27,832 bases of DNA from Spizellomyces punctatus DAOM BR117 (taxonomy: Eukaryota), in assembly GCA_000182565.2 (NCBI GenBank), contig KQ257460.1. One strand, written 5' to 3'. The notes under the pieces are model-generated. The model was not told where the DNA came from. It made no database searches and saw only the letters and a program-made list of their open reading frames with translations. Positions 1-11,760 of this stretch are shown here, piece by piece. Both the position numbers and the translations under genes were made by a program. Position 1 is the stretch's first letter. Each line of letters starts with the position of its first letter.

Positions 1-3000
1 ATAAGGATCTCCAGATAGAACTAGCAAGCATTGCGTCAGCAGACAGTAATTCACACGAGATACAAATAACCTACGGAGTCGCTCATTCTCGCTTCATCTG
101 TGGCGCTATGTAAGACGCCTCGAAAGATAAGCGTCCTAGGTCGAGGTAGCTGGTATAAACAAGTCCTTACTTGGATTTTTGCGTTTGATCGGTAGTCTTT
201 GACTGGCTGTTATCGAAAGCCGCAAAATTGCTATTTGATCGAATAATATCTCGATAAATCTCTCCTTCCGCTCCTAATTATTATTACCACAGCATTATTA
301 ACGGCCGCTATGTCGACGAGACGCTAAATATCTATACCGTCGATGGACGTTAAAAATCGCACAAGCTCCTTGCCCGTCTGCCAAGAATGATATTAAGCAA
401 CAGTGATGGCAAAAGACAACCCACTACAGTCTCGTCGCACCTCAAAGTCCTCTAATTCAAACGCTCGCTCTAACAGGTCCACTGCCAGCTAACGGAAGCC
501 CGTTTCCAGCGGGTTAGCATATCTCACATTTCAATGAACTACGTAGAGGAGTCCAATTGAATAGAGTACCTTCCCACTGACTGTCGCGGGTTCCAAAGTT
601 TGGATTATGATTAAATAAGATGTCGCCGTTTTCAGAAAACCGTTCTCAAGAGATTTCTATTCGAATCCGCATATATCATTAGCAAGTCGTTTAGCATGCA
701 CTTCACTTCTCGTTGCAACCTTAAATAGTTCCTTAGGGTCCCCTGCAATCGAAAAAAAATACTCCCATAGTGCAACTTCCGTCTTCCGTGCGCACTGGAC
801 AATTATATCCAAGTAATCAGGAAAATGCTCCAAGAAACGAATCACGCGAGGTAGAATGGCATCTAGAACAACAGTTGAGCAAAGCAATCCAATGAGAGGG
901 AATTTGGCTGGCGATTGAACCAATGTTACCTGGAGAAAAGCCAGCATATGTTTCGGCTTCAATTTCCAAGACTTGATGCAAAAGTACCTCCAACGCGTGA
1001 TCAAAATACGCCAAGTGTCGATAATAGTCCGCAAATGTGATTGCCTCTTTTTCTGACCTTTACACAGCAGAATGACGATATCAGGAATGGGGCGAGTATT
1101 TAAATTGAGAGGTGGATGTGAAACTCACCCTTGGCTCAGCATGTAGCGGATCATTGTGTGCAAAAATAGATGCGTCTACAACGACAGTCAGACCCAAGTA
1201 AGGAGCAGGTGTTCACGTGTGAAAACTCACCCTAAGGTCAAGCCTGTATAGAGTGCAATTCATCGCTGTTCTTACTGTCATGCGCTGATTGACACCGGCT
1301 ATTATTCCCCGGTGCATCATTATGGCTACCCGCTGCATGTAAGTGAAAAGAGCCAGCACATCATGCAAAACACTCAGTGTCGCTTACTGAGGGGGTAAAA
1401 GTCCACATGGAGTTGTAGGGATTCGGTGAGGTTTTCTTTCGGCACCAGGGCGGATGTTTCATCACTCGTGAGATTTAGGTTAACCCAGATCTGGCGGAAT
1501 GGCCACATCAGCTTTTAGCATTCTATCGCACAATACATGAACGAAATCGTAGGACCTTGAAACCGGAGGCATCATATGCCCAGAGGGAATTCACCAAGTC
1601 ACCAACGCGATCTTGATGCCTGGACACCCAGAAGAACTCGATCTTGTCTGAGAGCCCAATCATTTCCCATCCACCATCCCACTAGGACCAAATACGTAAG
1701 CCAAAATGCATTAGATGGTATATAGTTCATTAGCTCACCAATTCGCGCAGAATGCTGAGCTCTCCGCAGCTCAAAATGACCACCGGTGCATGTATGATAT
1801 CCTCAACCGTCCCTTCACCTAGCGCAATATTGAGGGATTCGCAATCAATGAATACATGGGATCAACTTACCAGCCGGTGAATACCACGAAATGCTTTGGA
1901 CTGAGGACGGATTCATTATAACTCCTTCCAGGGATATTTGCTGTTGAAGGGCCAACCTTACACGTTCAGCTGTGGAAAATACCGAACGAAGAGCGATTAG
2001 ACCGGACTATATCGATCCAGTTAGATTCCACGACCCCTCAAATAGTGCCGTACATTCTGTTGTGATTGAGTAAAATCGCATCACATTATCGGCAGCATAT
2101 ATAAGCAAATTCGCATCTAGACAGTTCATGGCTACAATGCACCGCGGCAACCGCTCAGTGTGGAGTGCAAGTGTAGAGGACAAGTTGGTTTCACGGGAGA
2201 AGAAGCGCAGCTGTTCCAGCATTCAGTAGCGGCTCAAGAATAAACGGCCACCGCACCGTACCTCATGATTCTGCGTGTCAAGATCTTGACATGCTACAAT
2301 GAGAATATCTCGATACCAGAGCATTCCCCCGGTGACCGTGAAACTTTGCTCCTGAAAAACAAGTCCGCATTTTATTAATATTCGTAATTAGCAATTGAAA
2401 AATAATTAAAAGCACCTGCTGCTCATTTCCAAACAGCTTCCATCGATTGGAAACCGCGCTGTAATGTGCCAAACCTTTGGTTCCTGCGATGGCCACGTAG
2501 TGTCCAGTAGAGTTGATTGATGTATGCTAGAACGGCTACAGGTGTCAAGTGTGCATCTCTGCAATACTATCATTATCAATAGATCCATCACACCTTAATT
2601 GGCCAATTTTGAGTGATATACATTGTCGGTATCTTACCGCAAGATCGGAAGAGCGGTTAAGTCAAATGAATGTGGTTAAGGATCATCAACGTACGAACCT
2701 GTATTGTGTCCCACTGCGGCATATCCAGATTCATAACATCAAAGTCCCAGTAATTGCCCTCGTATAGCAGAAGTTTATCATCCTGGACAAGGATTATACA
2801 TCGACTGTTGTCCTATATAACGAAAACAGTTCAGTCACAGTAAAGTGTAGAGGAAGACCAAGATGCCATATCACCTGAATATTGGAACAAGCGAGGGCAG
2901 ACTTTGCAAACTGCAAGACCGATATCTCTGTGATGGGATCTTCAAAAGGAAGGTGGGTTATGTTTGCTGGTGTGTGCAGACCTCAGCAAAAAGCACCCGT

Positions 3001-4952
3001 ACCATGGCTGAAGATCTCAACAGGAAGAACATGGAGCTCATAGCTTCCGATCCCCCAAAACTGGAAAGAGTATGTCTTCAGTTCACAGTCCAATCCAATG
3101 GTTCGCGCATCCATACCAGATCTCTAACGCCTGAGAAATACTGCTCCATTGATGCATCACTACTATCCTCTCTAGAGGGACCCCGAATAACATCAAAACC
3201 CATTTTTAACCGACATGTCTGGCACACCACTTACACTTGCTGAGCAAGAACATCCTCTGAGACCGTGCACATCAACAGGTGTCCAAAGGTACTCCACACT
3301 GACAAGCCACCAATGATCCACCCAACTGCTAATGCATAACCATCTCGTGACCAGTGCAATGCACTCACTGCACCCAATTGAACTGATCCGTAACCTATCA
3401 GGGCGTCACATCAGTATCCACAGCTTGGACCTTTCCATGTCCTTGCGAGCCTCTTGGGATTTCTGTAAATCCCTTTAGAGTCACTTACCGCCTCCAGCCG
3501 ATTCTACAGTGCATTTATGGGAAAAGCGTAGCTCGGATCGGTCTTCCGTCAGAGAAAAGACATGCACTTCACCACTGCATGGCATTAAGACAGTTCGTTA
3601 TCTTTCAGTTTATTATTCTGCCTGCCCATCTATAGCTTACGTGGTTGTTCCAACTGCAACCAGATGGAACAGAGAGTTGATCGCAACGTATGTAGACCTT
3701 GCATCATTTTCTTCTCCACCGTAGAAGCGTAGGCCGGACCAAGTTGACATTACACCTTTACTTCCCTTAGAAACAAGGCATTAGAATTCACTGTAAGGTA
3801 TCATTCTGGCGTTGTGTCTCACGTACAGGTGTGTTGCGGACACCTTTTCCCCGCTGAGCCAAGTACGCGTTGCCCGTTACTGTTACCCATGCAAAGAGAT
3901 CCATTGATGCATTGGCTACTATTTGCGCCAAACCTATATAGATGAAAAGTCGACAAAATATTCCTCGAGTTAATTACAGGTTGCATCTGGAAATACGCCA
4001 ATCTTACCGTCTCCTCCATCTTCATAGAAGTCCAAGTCCAGTAATGAAACAGTTCCCGCCAGATTCACTTCGCCATTCCACGAGAGAGAAAGTAAGGAGG
4101 GCGATCGTTGAGTACAGAGGATCAGCTCGTTTTTCAACCCTATCCCACTGAAATATCCAACCAACGGCAAGATCCATTTAATTCTCGGGTATCTTCAATA
4201 GACTAGCCATTGAACATCTACCGGCAACTGTAATATCTCGTACCATTGAACTCCGGTATCAATATCTAATGCCATTTTGAAGCGTAGCGCTTTGCTTGGA
4301 ATTCCGCGTCCCTCCCCCGGGCCGGTGAGATAATGGTGTGGCACAGAGAACTGGAACTCGTACAATTTGCTATTGATACCGTGGACGTCGTAGAAATGCA
4401 AGAATCCTTTATTTGTCTGAGGTTCGCATGTAATGTAACAAGTATAATCCAGATGATATATTACTAGGCAAGTCCCAAGTTCACGTCTACCAACAAGCTC
4501 AATCTCAAAAATGCGTACCACGACAACAAGCGCCGTCCCGTCTGGCTTCCAAATCAAGTCCACATTCTCGCCATCTTCTAGAACCGTAGCGTCCGAGCGT
4601 TTCACCAGCGAGAGAAGTACGGCGGGCTGCAGATAAGATATGTCAATGGGCCGAACAAAGTATCATAAAGATAGTGGGTCGTAGAATCCAATATCCGCCG
4701 TGGCAAACGCGCTCTTTTGCCACCCGTGCTCGACCTTCAAGGATAAATAGTGCTTATTGCAGAACATACTCTAGTGGACCACAAGTAAATTGTATCGCGG
4801 GAAATAGCAGCGAAAAGCCCGGTGTCATGGCAGGCTTTCAGGCAAACTAGTGACTGGGTGCGAGAAGGGTGATCACTGGGTTCACTGGCACTTTCATCGT
4901 AGCTGGTAGATGGAATGCTAAGGATCTTCGCGCCGGAGGTTGCGAAGAACAT
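1..4952 (-). CDS. RIC1: RIC1 homolog (Ric1-Rgp1 Rab6/Ypt6 GEF subunit), multi-exon; 3' end near or beyond the left edge, not resolved
   Basis: ATG at 4952 ([11 protein letters not shown]...). Beta-propeller-like exons follow ([32 protein letters not shown]). The C-terminal RIC1 motif [38 protein letters not shown] lies at ~720-840, followed by [11 protein letters not shown] at ~340-372. Many GT-AG introns. Confidence 0.9.
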
Positions 4953-5114
4953 TGGAGAGATCTCGTTGCACTGTCCATTAGGGAAAACGATAAGACGTGG
5001 GACCCAAATGTGGACAAATTACGCTTACGAAATACACATGACATCTGCAAACGAAGTAGAGCAATATTCATGCGATGAATCGCGTCTTTCATTGTACTAT
5101 CTACATGATATAGA

Positions 5115-6737
5115 CTAATTTGGATTTCCATTCGGAGGAGGAGGGGGAGGAACCGCGTGATATTCAGAGTCAGGAGGAGGGGGTGGAGGTGGTGCATTGT
5201 CACCGGGTGATGTAGCTGGTGGTGGCGGAGGAGGTGGTGCTGCCATCGCGGCCGTTGCATACGGATCAGCGTAACCGTAATAAGCACCATACTGTGCGTA
5301 TTGGTCATATCCGCTATACTGGGCATATTGTGCGTCTCCCCACTGACCTCCAGTGTGGCCATATGGCGCCGGATAGGCCTGGGCACCCGGATATGAAGGG
5401 TACGCAGGACGAGGAGGCTGTGGTGGAGGTCTAAATGCTGCACGTTGTTGCTTACTACGCTCGTATTCCGTCTTCACTGTTTCAATCAAATTCTCACAAA
5501 GACGTTTCGCCGCGTCGACAGATTCCTGTGCATGACCTCTGGGCATTAAAGTAGGACATTAGAGAGCGGAATTAGAGAGCGGAATATTTGCTGTAGACCC
5601 TTACGTCACATGAATATGTAGAGGTTCTGGTGCCTCCTGGCCCGATAGCTGTTCGATGTACCCCGACCCGCGGCCTTTCAGCTGAACCTTTGTGGAAGTT
5701 TCCTGCTGTATATGCTTGACATACTGCCCGCCAGGACCGACCAGCTTTGCCCGAACATTGAACATTCTGTCAGGTTCAATCCCCACAAATACTTTTGCCG
5801 AAAACAGCTGTCTAGCAGCACCCTATGGTACAAAGGAAAAGCATGAGATGCCACCGTTCTGTTCGTCGATAAGGAGAACGATTGGCAAAACTCACTCCCG
5901 GACCGTGTCCGCTAGGCCTTCGCTCTTCGGGAAAGGCAGGTGGAGCTTGATTGATGAGCTCATCGATAGCAGCCAGTGCCGCATCCAAAGCCTCTTGTGT
6001 AGCCGCTGAGACGTGCAGATAGAGAGGCTGCGAAATGTTATTCTAACTATTCATGACTGACTCGCTCGATCTTGACTTACCGGATCTCTTTCCGTTGCCA
6101 AATTCTTATCAGGATAATATTTTCCACGAGTAATGACACTGTCATTTGAAGAGTAACATTGTAAGCTGCTGAAGGCGTCGTCCACACAACCGCAACAATA
6201 CATACTCCGCCCCAGTATCTTGCTTAATCTTCAACTGGGTTGCCCCTTTTGTGAGGAGATATCGGTTCTTGATGTCGTTAATTGGGACATCTTTCATGAA
6301 CTCCTCTTTCTGGAGATGCAGACAATCAGGATTTAATCATATATATTACCACAAGTTGCGTCCAACAAAACTCACCACGCCAAGTTTTGCGCTCAGAGAG
6401 GGTAGATCAAGGGGCGGCACGGATCCTTTGCCACTAGTTTGCGCAGCGAGCTGGGAAAGGATCCGCGAAGCTGCAGCAGTTGCCTTCTCCAATGCCTGTT
6501 GTGCAGCTGTTTCACTGTCAATGGTCTGGTCGGGCGGGGTAACACTGCTTGGAGTTTGCTGCGATGGCGAAGATACTTTGACCCGCTGAGGTTCCGGCTC
6601 TCCAGCCTCGGATACATCCCATTTGCGCTTTTTCTGCGTTCTAAACGGCCAGAGACAGGGTGCATAAGAAAGAACCCATCATTCTGCTCCCAAAAGGACA
6701 CTTACGTTTTGGTTGAGTCGGTTGTCATCTCCCCCAT
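5115..6737 (-). CDS. KHDC4: KH-domain splicing-associated protein, KHDC4/BLOM7 (RIK-like), multi-exon
   Basis: ATG at 6737, short exon 1, then a KRKWD motif. KH1 motifs NRYLLTKGATQ, ITRGKYYPDK and LYLHV; KH2 FNVRAKLVGPGGQYVKHIQQETSTKVQLKGRGSG...EPLHIHV. Tyr/Pro-rich tail, stop at 5115-5117. Confidence 0.82.
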
Positions 6738-6901
6738 GTATCTTTAACAAAATCCAACTTGTTTCGGTCCCTGTCCCAAAACCAATGCACCAATGTTGAC
6801 CAGTTTCTGTGCCATTACAGTATGTCATGTGACATTATGAATTCTGCCCGTTGTTTCTTTCCTTCTGCGCTGTTTCTTTTGCATTCCCTTTTTTGTCGTT
6901 T

Positions 6902-6975
6902 TGCACGTGCAGCTCCGGTTGGTTCTTGCCACGAGCGATAATGCAAGAAAAGGGCCATTTGTTGAGGTTATAAAA
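6902..6975 (+). promoter_or_regulatory. VTC4 promoter elements: CACGTG E-box (Pho4/NUC-1-type site) and TATA box, within a ~296-bp divergent promoter
   Basis: TGCACGTGCA at 6902-6911 and TATAAAA at 6969-6975, upstream of the VTC4 ATG at 7034. VTC genes are PHO-regulon targets in yeast. Confidence 0.5.
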
Positions 6976-7033
6976 GGAGCACCGGAGGGTAAAAGCCCCG
7001 TTTCTTGTTCTGTGAACATTCGCAACTTCCATC

Positions 7034-9526
7034 ATGAAATTCGGTCTTCAACTCGCAAACTCCCTCTATCAAGAGTGGAGGTTCTATTACATGTAAGTCG
7101 CGACGCGTGGGAGCAGTTTGACACCACGGTTTATTTTTCGTTCTGCTTTTAGCGACTACGATGAGCTCAAGCGTCAGTTGAAGACTGGACTTAAAAATGA
7201 TGGTTTTAATGAGCAAAAGGAGGCCGCGTTCGTTGAGACTTTAGAGCGTGAGTTGGAAAAGGTTAGTGGCTGAGCCAGGTTACTCTGTATAGCCAGTGGA
7301 CCGTTAAATTGTTTTGCAAACTTCTAGGTCGCAGCGTTTCGAAACATTAAAGGGGATGAACTTACCCGTCGCGTTCAGCATTGCGAAGCTGTAGTTGACT
7401 CCATCTTGGCGTCGTCAGAGGATGCCGACGAAGCGCGGTTCAATCGCGTGGAGGAGGAGATCAGCAGGATTACGATGGAGGTCACCGAACTCTCAAAGTT
7501 CATTCGGCTCAATTATTCCGGTTTTCTAAAGATCTTGAAGAAACACGACAAACACACTTCATTCATGCTGAAACCTACGTTCATGATCCGCATGAACGCC
7601 CGTCCATTCTACAAGCAAAGTTTTGATAGTCTGATCCTTAGGCTCTCCAAGCTTTTTGACACTATTCGTACTGGAGGACAGCGAAGCCAAGAAAACGCCA
7701 ATGCAGGCGGAAGTCAGCAAAATTTTGTTCGACGGACGACAAAGTACTGGGTTCATCCAGGTGGGTTGATACAGCTGAAATTTTTCCATAGACGCTTGCT
7801 CTAATGACCGTATTAATTGCAGACAATGTGACGGAAGTCAAGTGCATCATTCTGAAGTATCTTCCCGTCCTCGTATTTAGCGCCAAAGGCAAAAAGGAAC
7901 CAGACCCGGCGATTTCCTCCATTTACTTTGATAACGACTCTTTTGACCTTTATCTTGGACGGCTTGAAAAGACGGAAGGGGCCGAAGCTATCCGCCTCCG
8001 GTGGTATGGAAACATGGATCAAACTGAAATATTTGTAGAGAGGAAAACGCATCGGGAGGATTGGACTGGAGAGCAGAGTGTTAAATCACGATTTCCAATC
8101 AAGGAGAAATATGTGAATGCTTACTTGAAAGGAGATTTCGATTATTCCAAAATCATTCAAAAATTGAGGGACAAGAAAGCAAAAGGCGAGAAAGAACTGG
8201 AACATTTAGAGACACTTGCCCGCGAAGTCCAGGAAAGTGTCCTGAAGAAGCAGCTTCACCCAGTAGTGCGAACGTTTTATAATCGCACCGCGTTCCAACT
8301 CCCGGGTGATGCTCGAGTGAGAATCAGCCTCGACACAGAACTGACCATGATTCGAGAAGATAATGAAGACCGCCCGAGATCTGGCGATAACTGGCGACGC
8401 GTAGACGCCGGAACAACTGCTCCGTTTGATTATCTTCCGAGTGAGGATGTGTGTCCTTTTCCGTATGCAATCCTCGAGGTGAAGCTGCAAACGCAGCATG
8501 GTGCCGAAGTTCCCAAATGGGTAGATGAGCTCGTGAATAGTCACTTGGTACGTCATCTGTGTAAAATTGTGGCTATACATTTAATCCAATGCGCTACATT
8601 ATAGGTGGAAGAGGTGCCAAAGTTCTCCAAGTTCATACACGGTGTTGCAACGCTTCTGGAGAACCGGGTTTCGCTCCTCCCCTTCTGGCTTCCGCAGATG
8701 GACAAAGACATTCGGAAGCCTGTTCCAGCGGACTGGCGGTCCTTAGAATGGTCCTCAACGGGATTGCCATCGTCGAGGGAGAGTTCGATGGAACGTGGGC
8801 GGACGAATGGCCATCTACGAAGGACAAAGTCTAACCTGCGGAACGAGTCGGACGCTGACTCAGTGGAGGTTATTGTGGAACATCCCTCGGAGGATGTGGA
8901 GGATTCGGATGAGAGAACCCCTTTGTTGGGGATAGGGGGTGGTCAAAACGGATCATCATCGTTCAATCGCGGCACTCATCGACAGCGCCCATTCTCTTGG
9001 GCGGGTGGCTTTGGTAACCTGTTTAAGCGGGACTCACCCCAAAGCAGAGGCGCGTCGACCACCACTCCACAAAAGCGCATCGCCTTACCCGTCCGTGTTG
9101 AGCCGAAGGTCTTCTTTGCAAATGAGCGGACATTCCTGTCATGGTTGCATTGTAAGTATCTGAATTGTTTGACCCAGTTGTCACTAGGCGATTAATCACT
9201 CCTCTACTACAGTCTGTATCGTTCTCGGAGGGTTGGCACTCGGTTTGCTCAACTTTGGCGATCGTGTTGGCCAAATATCTGGTTTGATCTTCACCCTCGT
9301 TGCCATGATGTTCATGGTGTATTCTTTGTTTTTGTACCAATGGAGAGCGCACAAGATTCGAAACCGAGGTGGGTTGGTTTTAGGTTTAGGTATGCTTGAC
9401 CTGTTCTAATCTCGGCACCATCCAGATGCCGGCCCATACGACGATCGCGTTGGGCCTACAGTGTTGGTGATTGTCCTTTTTTTTGCCATAATGATAAACT
9501 TCTGGTTGAAGTTCTCCAGCGTATAA
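7034..9526 (+). CDS. VTC4: Vacuolar transporter chaperone 4, polyphosphate polymerase (SPX-VTC-DUF202), multi-exon
   Basis: MKFG start (SPX) and [18 protein letters not shown] catalytic motifs [66 protein letters not shown] and [28 protein letters not shown] plus TM segments and [12 protein letters not shown] at 9524-9526. Confidence 0.97.
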
Positions 9527-10276
9527 TCATTGAACATACATTCTGCGACACAATAATATATATATATGCACATTCATTCTTGTCGAGGACAATTAAGTGA
9601 ACAATCCTTACCTAAGCACCCGATCATATCAGTTGACCCAACTGGACTGTCATATGTAATATTCGCCTGCCTATAAAAAGGCTGCCCCGCTGTCCGCCCT
9701 CTCCCTTCTCTTTCCTTTTATTCGTGCCTGAAAGCAGCATCTCGACTTTTGATCTCTGGTGCCAAGCAAGGACCGCCACTTCCCGATCCCAAACTCAACA
9801 TACAGCCGCTGTAAACGCCCTCGCCACTGCAAAGCAACCGGTCTCTCCCAAATGATACAAGAATGCTGCAAGCTGTTGGTTTTAAACAGCTCGGAATGGC
9901 TTCAACCGCCAGAGTTTCGTTTGCGCTGCTTCGATTGCAGTTATGTCCCAATGACAGACCTCCCCAATGCGACTATGATTACTCTTCTTAGGTTTTGAAC
10001 CTCCGCCAACTTGCGGAAGGCCTCGATGCTGCGCACTGCAGTTGCGAGTCCGCTGTCAAAACATGAGGACCCACAATTAACAGGGCCAAAGACAATCGGG
10101 ATAGTGAATATGTCATCAAGGAGAAAACCAACAGTTTATTTGTATAGCAGTATGGTAGTTGCTGTTCATTAGAAGTTGGCTTATTCGTTATGTACGGTTT
10201 GCGATACCCATACTGGGAGAGGTGTGTTGGAATGTAGAATGTTCCCATAAAATCGACCGTTAAACCCAGGTGCAGT

Positions 10277-10943
10277 TCACTCGTCATCGGAATCAGTTGC
10301 CATTCTGTCCGCCTCTGCCGCCCCCGACACTTGTGACAGATCACCCTCCTCTCGCAATCTCGCTCCTAAACAGGGCGGTGAGACGGTCTGAACGCCGGGG
10401 GCCATGGGACAAGACACTCACTTATTAGTTCAGCGATGCATCCTTGAGTCTTACGTTGTAGTCTGTCCATTCTCTGTTCCAGATCTCGTTTCAAATCCCA
10501 GTTTGGCTTTTTCGGTGCCAAGTCGAGCAACTCCTGAAAGGACCCCATTTGCAGTTGAGCGGCAACCAAGAAGGAATTGGACAGAACCACGCACCACTTC
10601 TCTTTTCCGCTTCGCCTCCGTTTCCAACGCTATACGCGCCACCTCCTCTGCGTGCTCTTCAACTGTGGCCACCTTGCTCTTCCCCTCGCGTGCATTTGAT
10701 GCGGAAGTGGCCTCTTGGATATCCTCCGCAGGCGGAGATCTGCTGGCACAGCGTTAGCTCTAACCGCTGTCTACTCGAACAAGATGACAGTCCCTACTCC
10801 TCCGACTGATCCCCATGGCTGTGGCTTGTTTCTTGTCCATATGTACGCTTCTCGCTGTGAGCACTTCCAGCACTACTGCGTAGTGCTTTCAAAGCCGCCA
10901 ACCGCTCCTTACGCTTCTTCGCCTCTTCCTGTAGATCTAGCAT
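10277..10943 (-). CDS. CWF18: Cwf18/CCDC12 spliceosomal protein, 4 exons
   Basis: ATG at 10943 (MLDLQEEAKKRKERLAALK). Signature LAPKKPNWDLKRDL...LQRKTQGCIAELI. Last exon ends ...DSDDE TGA at 10277-10279. Three GT-AG introns restore the frame. Confidence 0.88.
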
Positions 10944-11463
10944 GATTCACAATGCGCAGCCGAAGTCCTGGAAGGCCTGGACAAGCTTGCGCTGAAGACT
11001 CCAGAGCACAGAGTGTATGGGCAGTTTGGCTGGGAAATAGCTCCAAATCCTGATTCGCAGTGTACAGTATTGGCAATAATAAATGTTGAGCACGAACACT
11101 CATATGCGGATGGAACCACTTGGCGACAACCAGACAGAGCCAGCTGATTAGGGCTGGTTATAGTTGCAGTCGAACCGGGTGATTGAGCCCATCACATCGA
11201 AAGACGTACTACTGTACTGTACTGTACAAGGTCCTACAGTAGGTCTGATTCGAACGGTCTTTTCGGTCCGAGGATGTTAGTAAAATCAGAACTAGAGTAG
11301 GCAATAAGCATAAGAAAAACTACAAAGACATCATCGCGATTGCAGCAGTATTGTAGTAGCTTGGCAATTCTGGTTATCGTCAGGAGGTCCTCAGCGTCAG
11401 ATTGGCATTGGCATTCTCCTCATGAAGTTGCGGATGCTGAGAGTCAGAATAAAGAGAAGGACA

Positions 11464-11499
11464 GAGAGAGAGAGAGAGAGATGGGGGGGGGGGGGGGGG
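11464..11499. repeat. (GA)n microsatellite followed by a poly-G run
   Basis: gagagagagagagagaga then a ~17-nt G run; TATATA lies immediately to the right. Confidence 0.9.
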
Positions 11500-11760
11500 C
11501 TATATAGAATATGAGTGGGTGCAATGAGTCCCACCGTAGACTATCTGATGGCCACAAGGGTAGTTATCAATGGCTAGTGGACTATCTCTATTGTTTATCT
11601 TCATGAGGATTTCATATTGAATGTGATTACTTTAACTGGCTGTAACGCTACAATGCACCACGCGCGGGCGACGCATATATGATTTTGTATGGGGAAAATG
11701 TAAATTACATGGTGCTAGGGCAACCGTATCTGATACCTATGGCTAATGTCTGCTGAGGTC

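Noticed and set aside
5559-5585. 13-bp direct repeat TTAGAGAGCGGAA
   Set aside because: A local duplication inside an intron with no evident function.
11160-11400. Hammerhead ribozyme, U3 snoRNA or tRNA-Sec
   Set aside because: Only isolated partial motifs (CTGAGGA, AAGACGTACT, GGTTCGA). The required stems and spacing could not be assembled.
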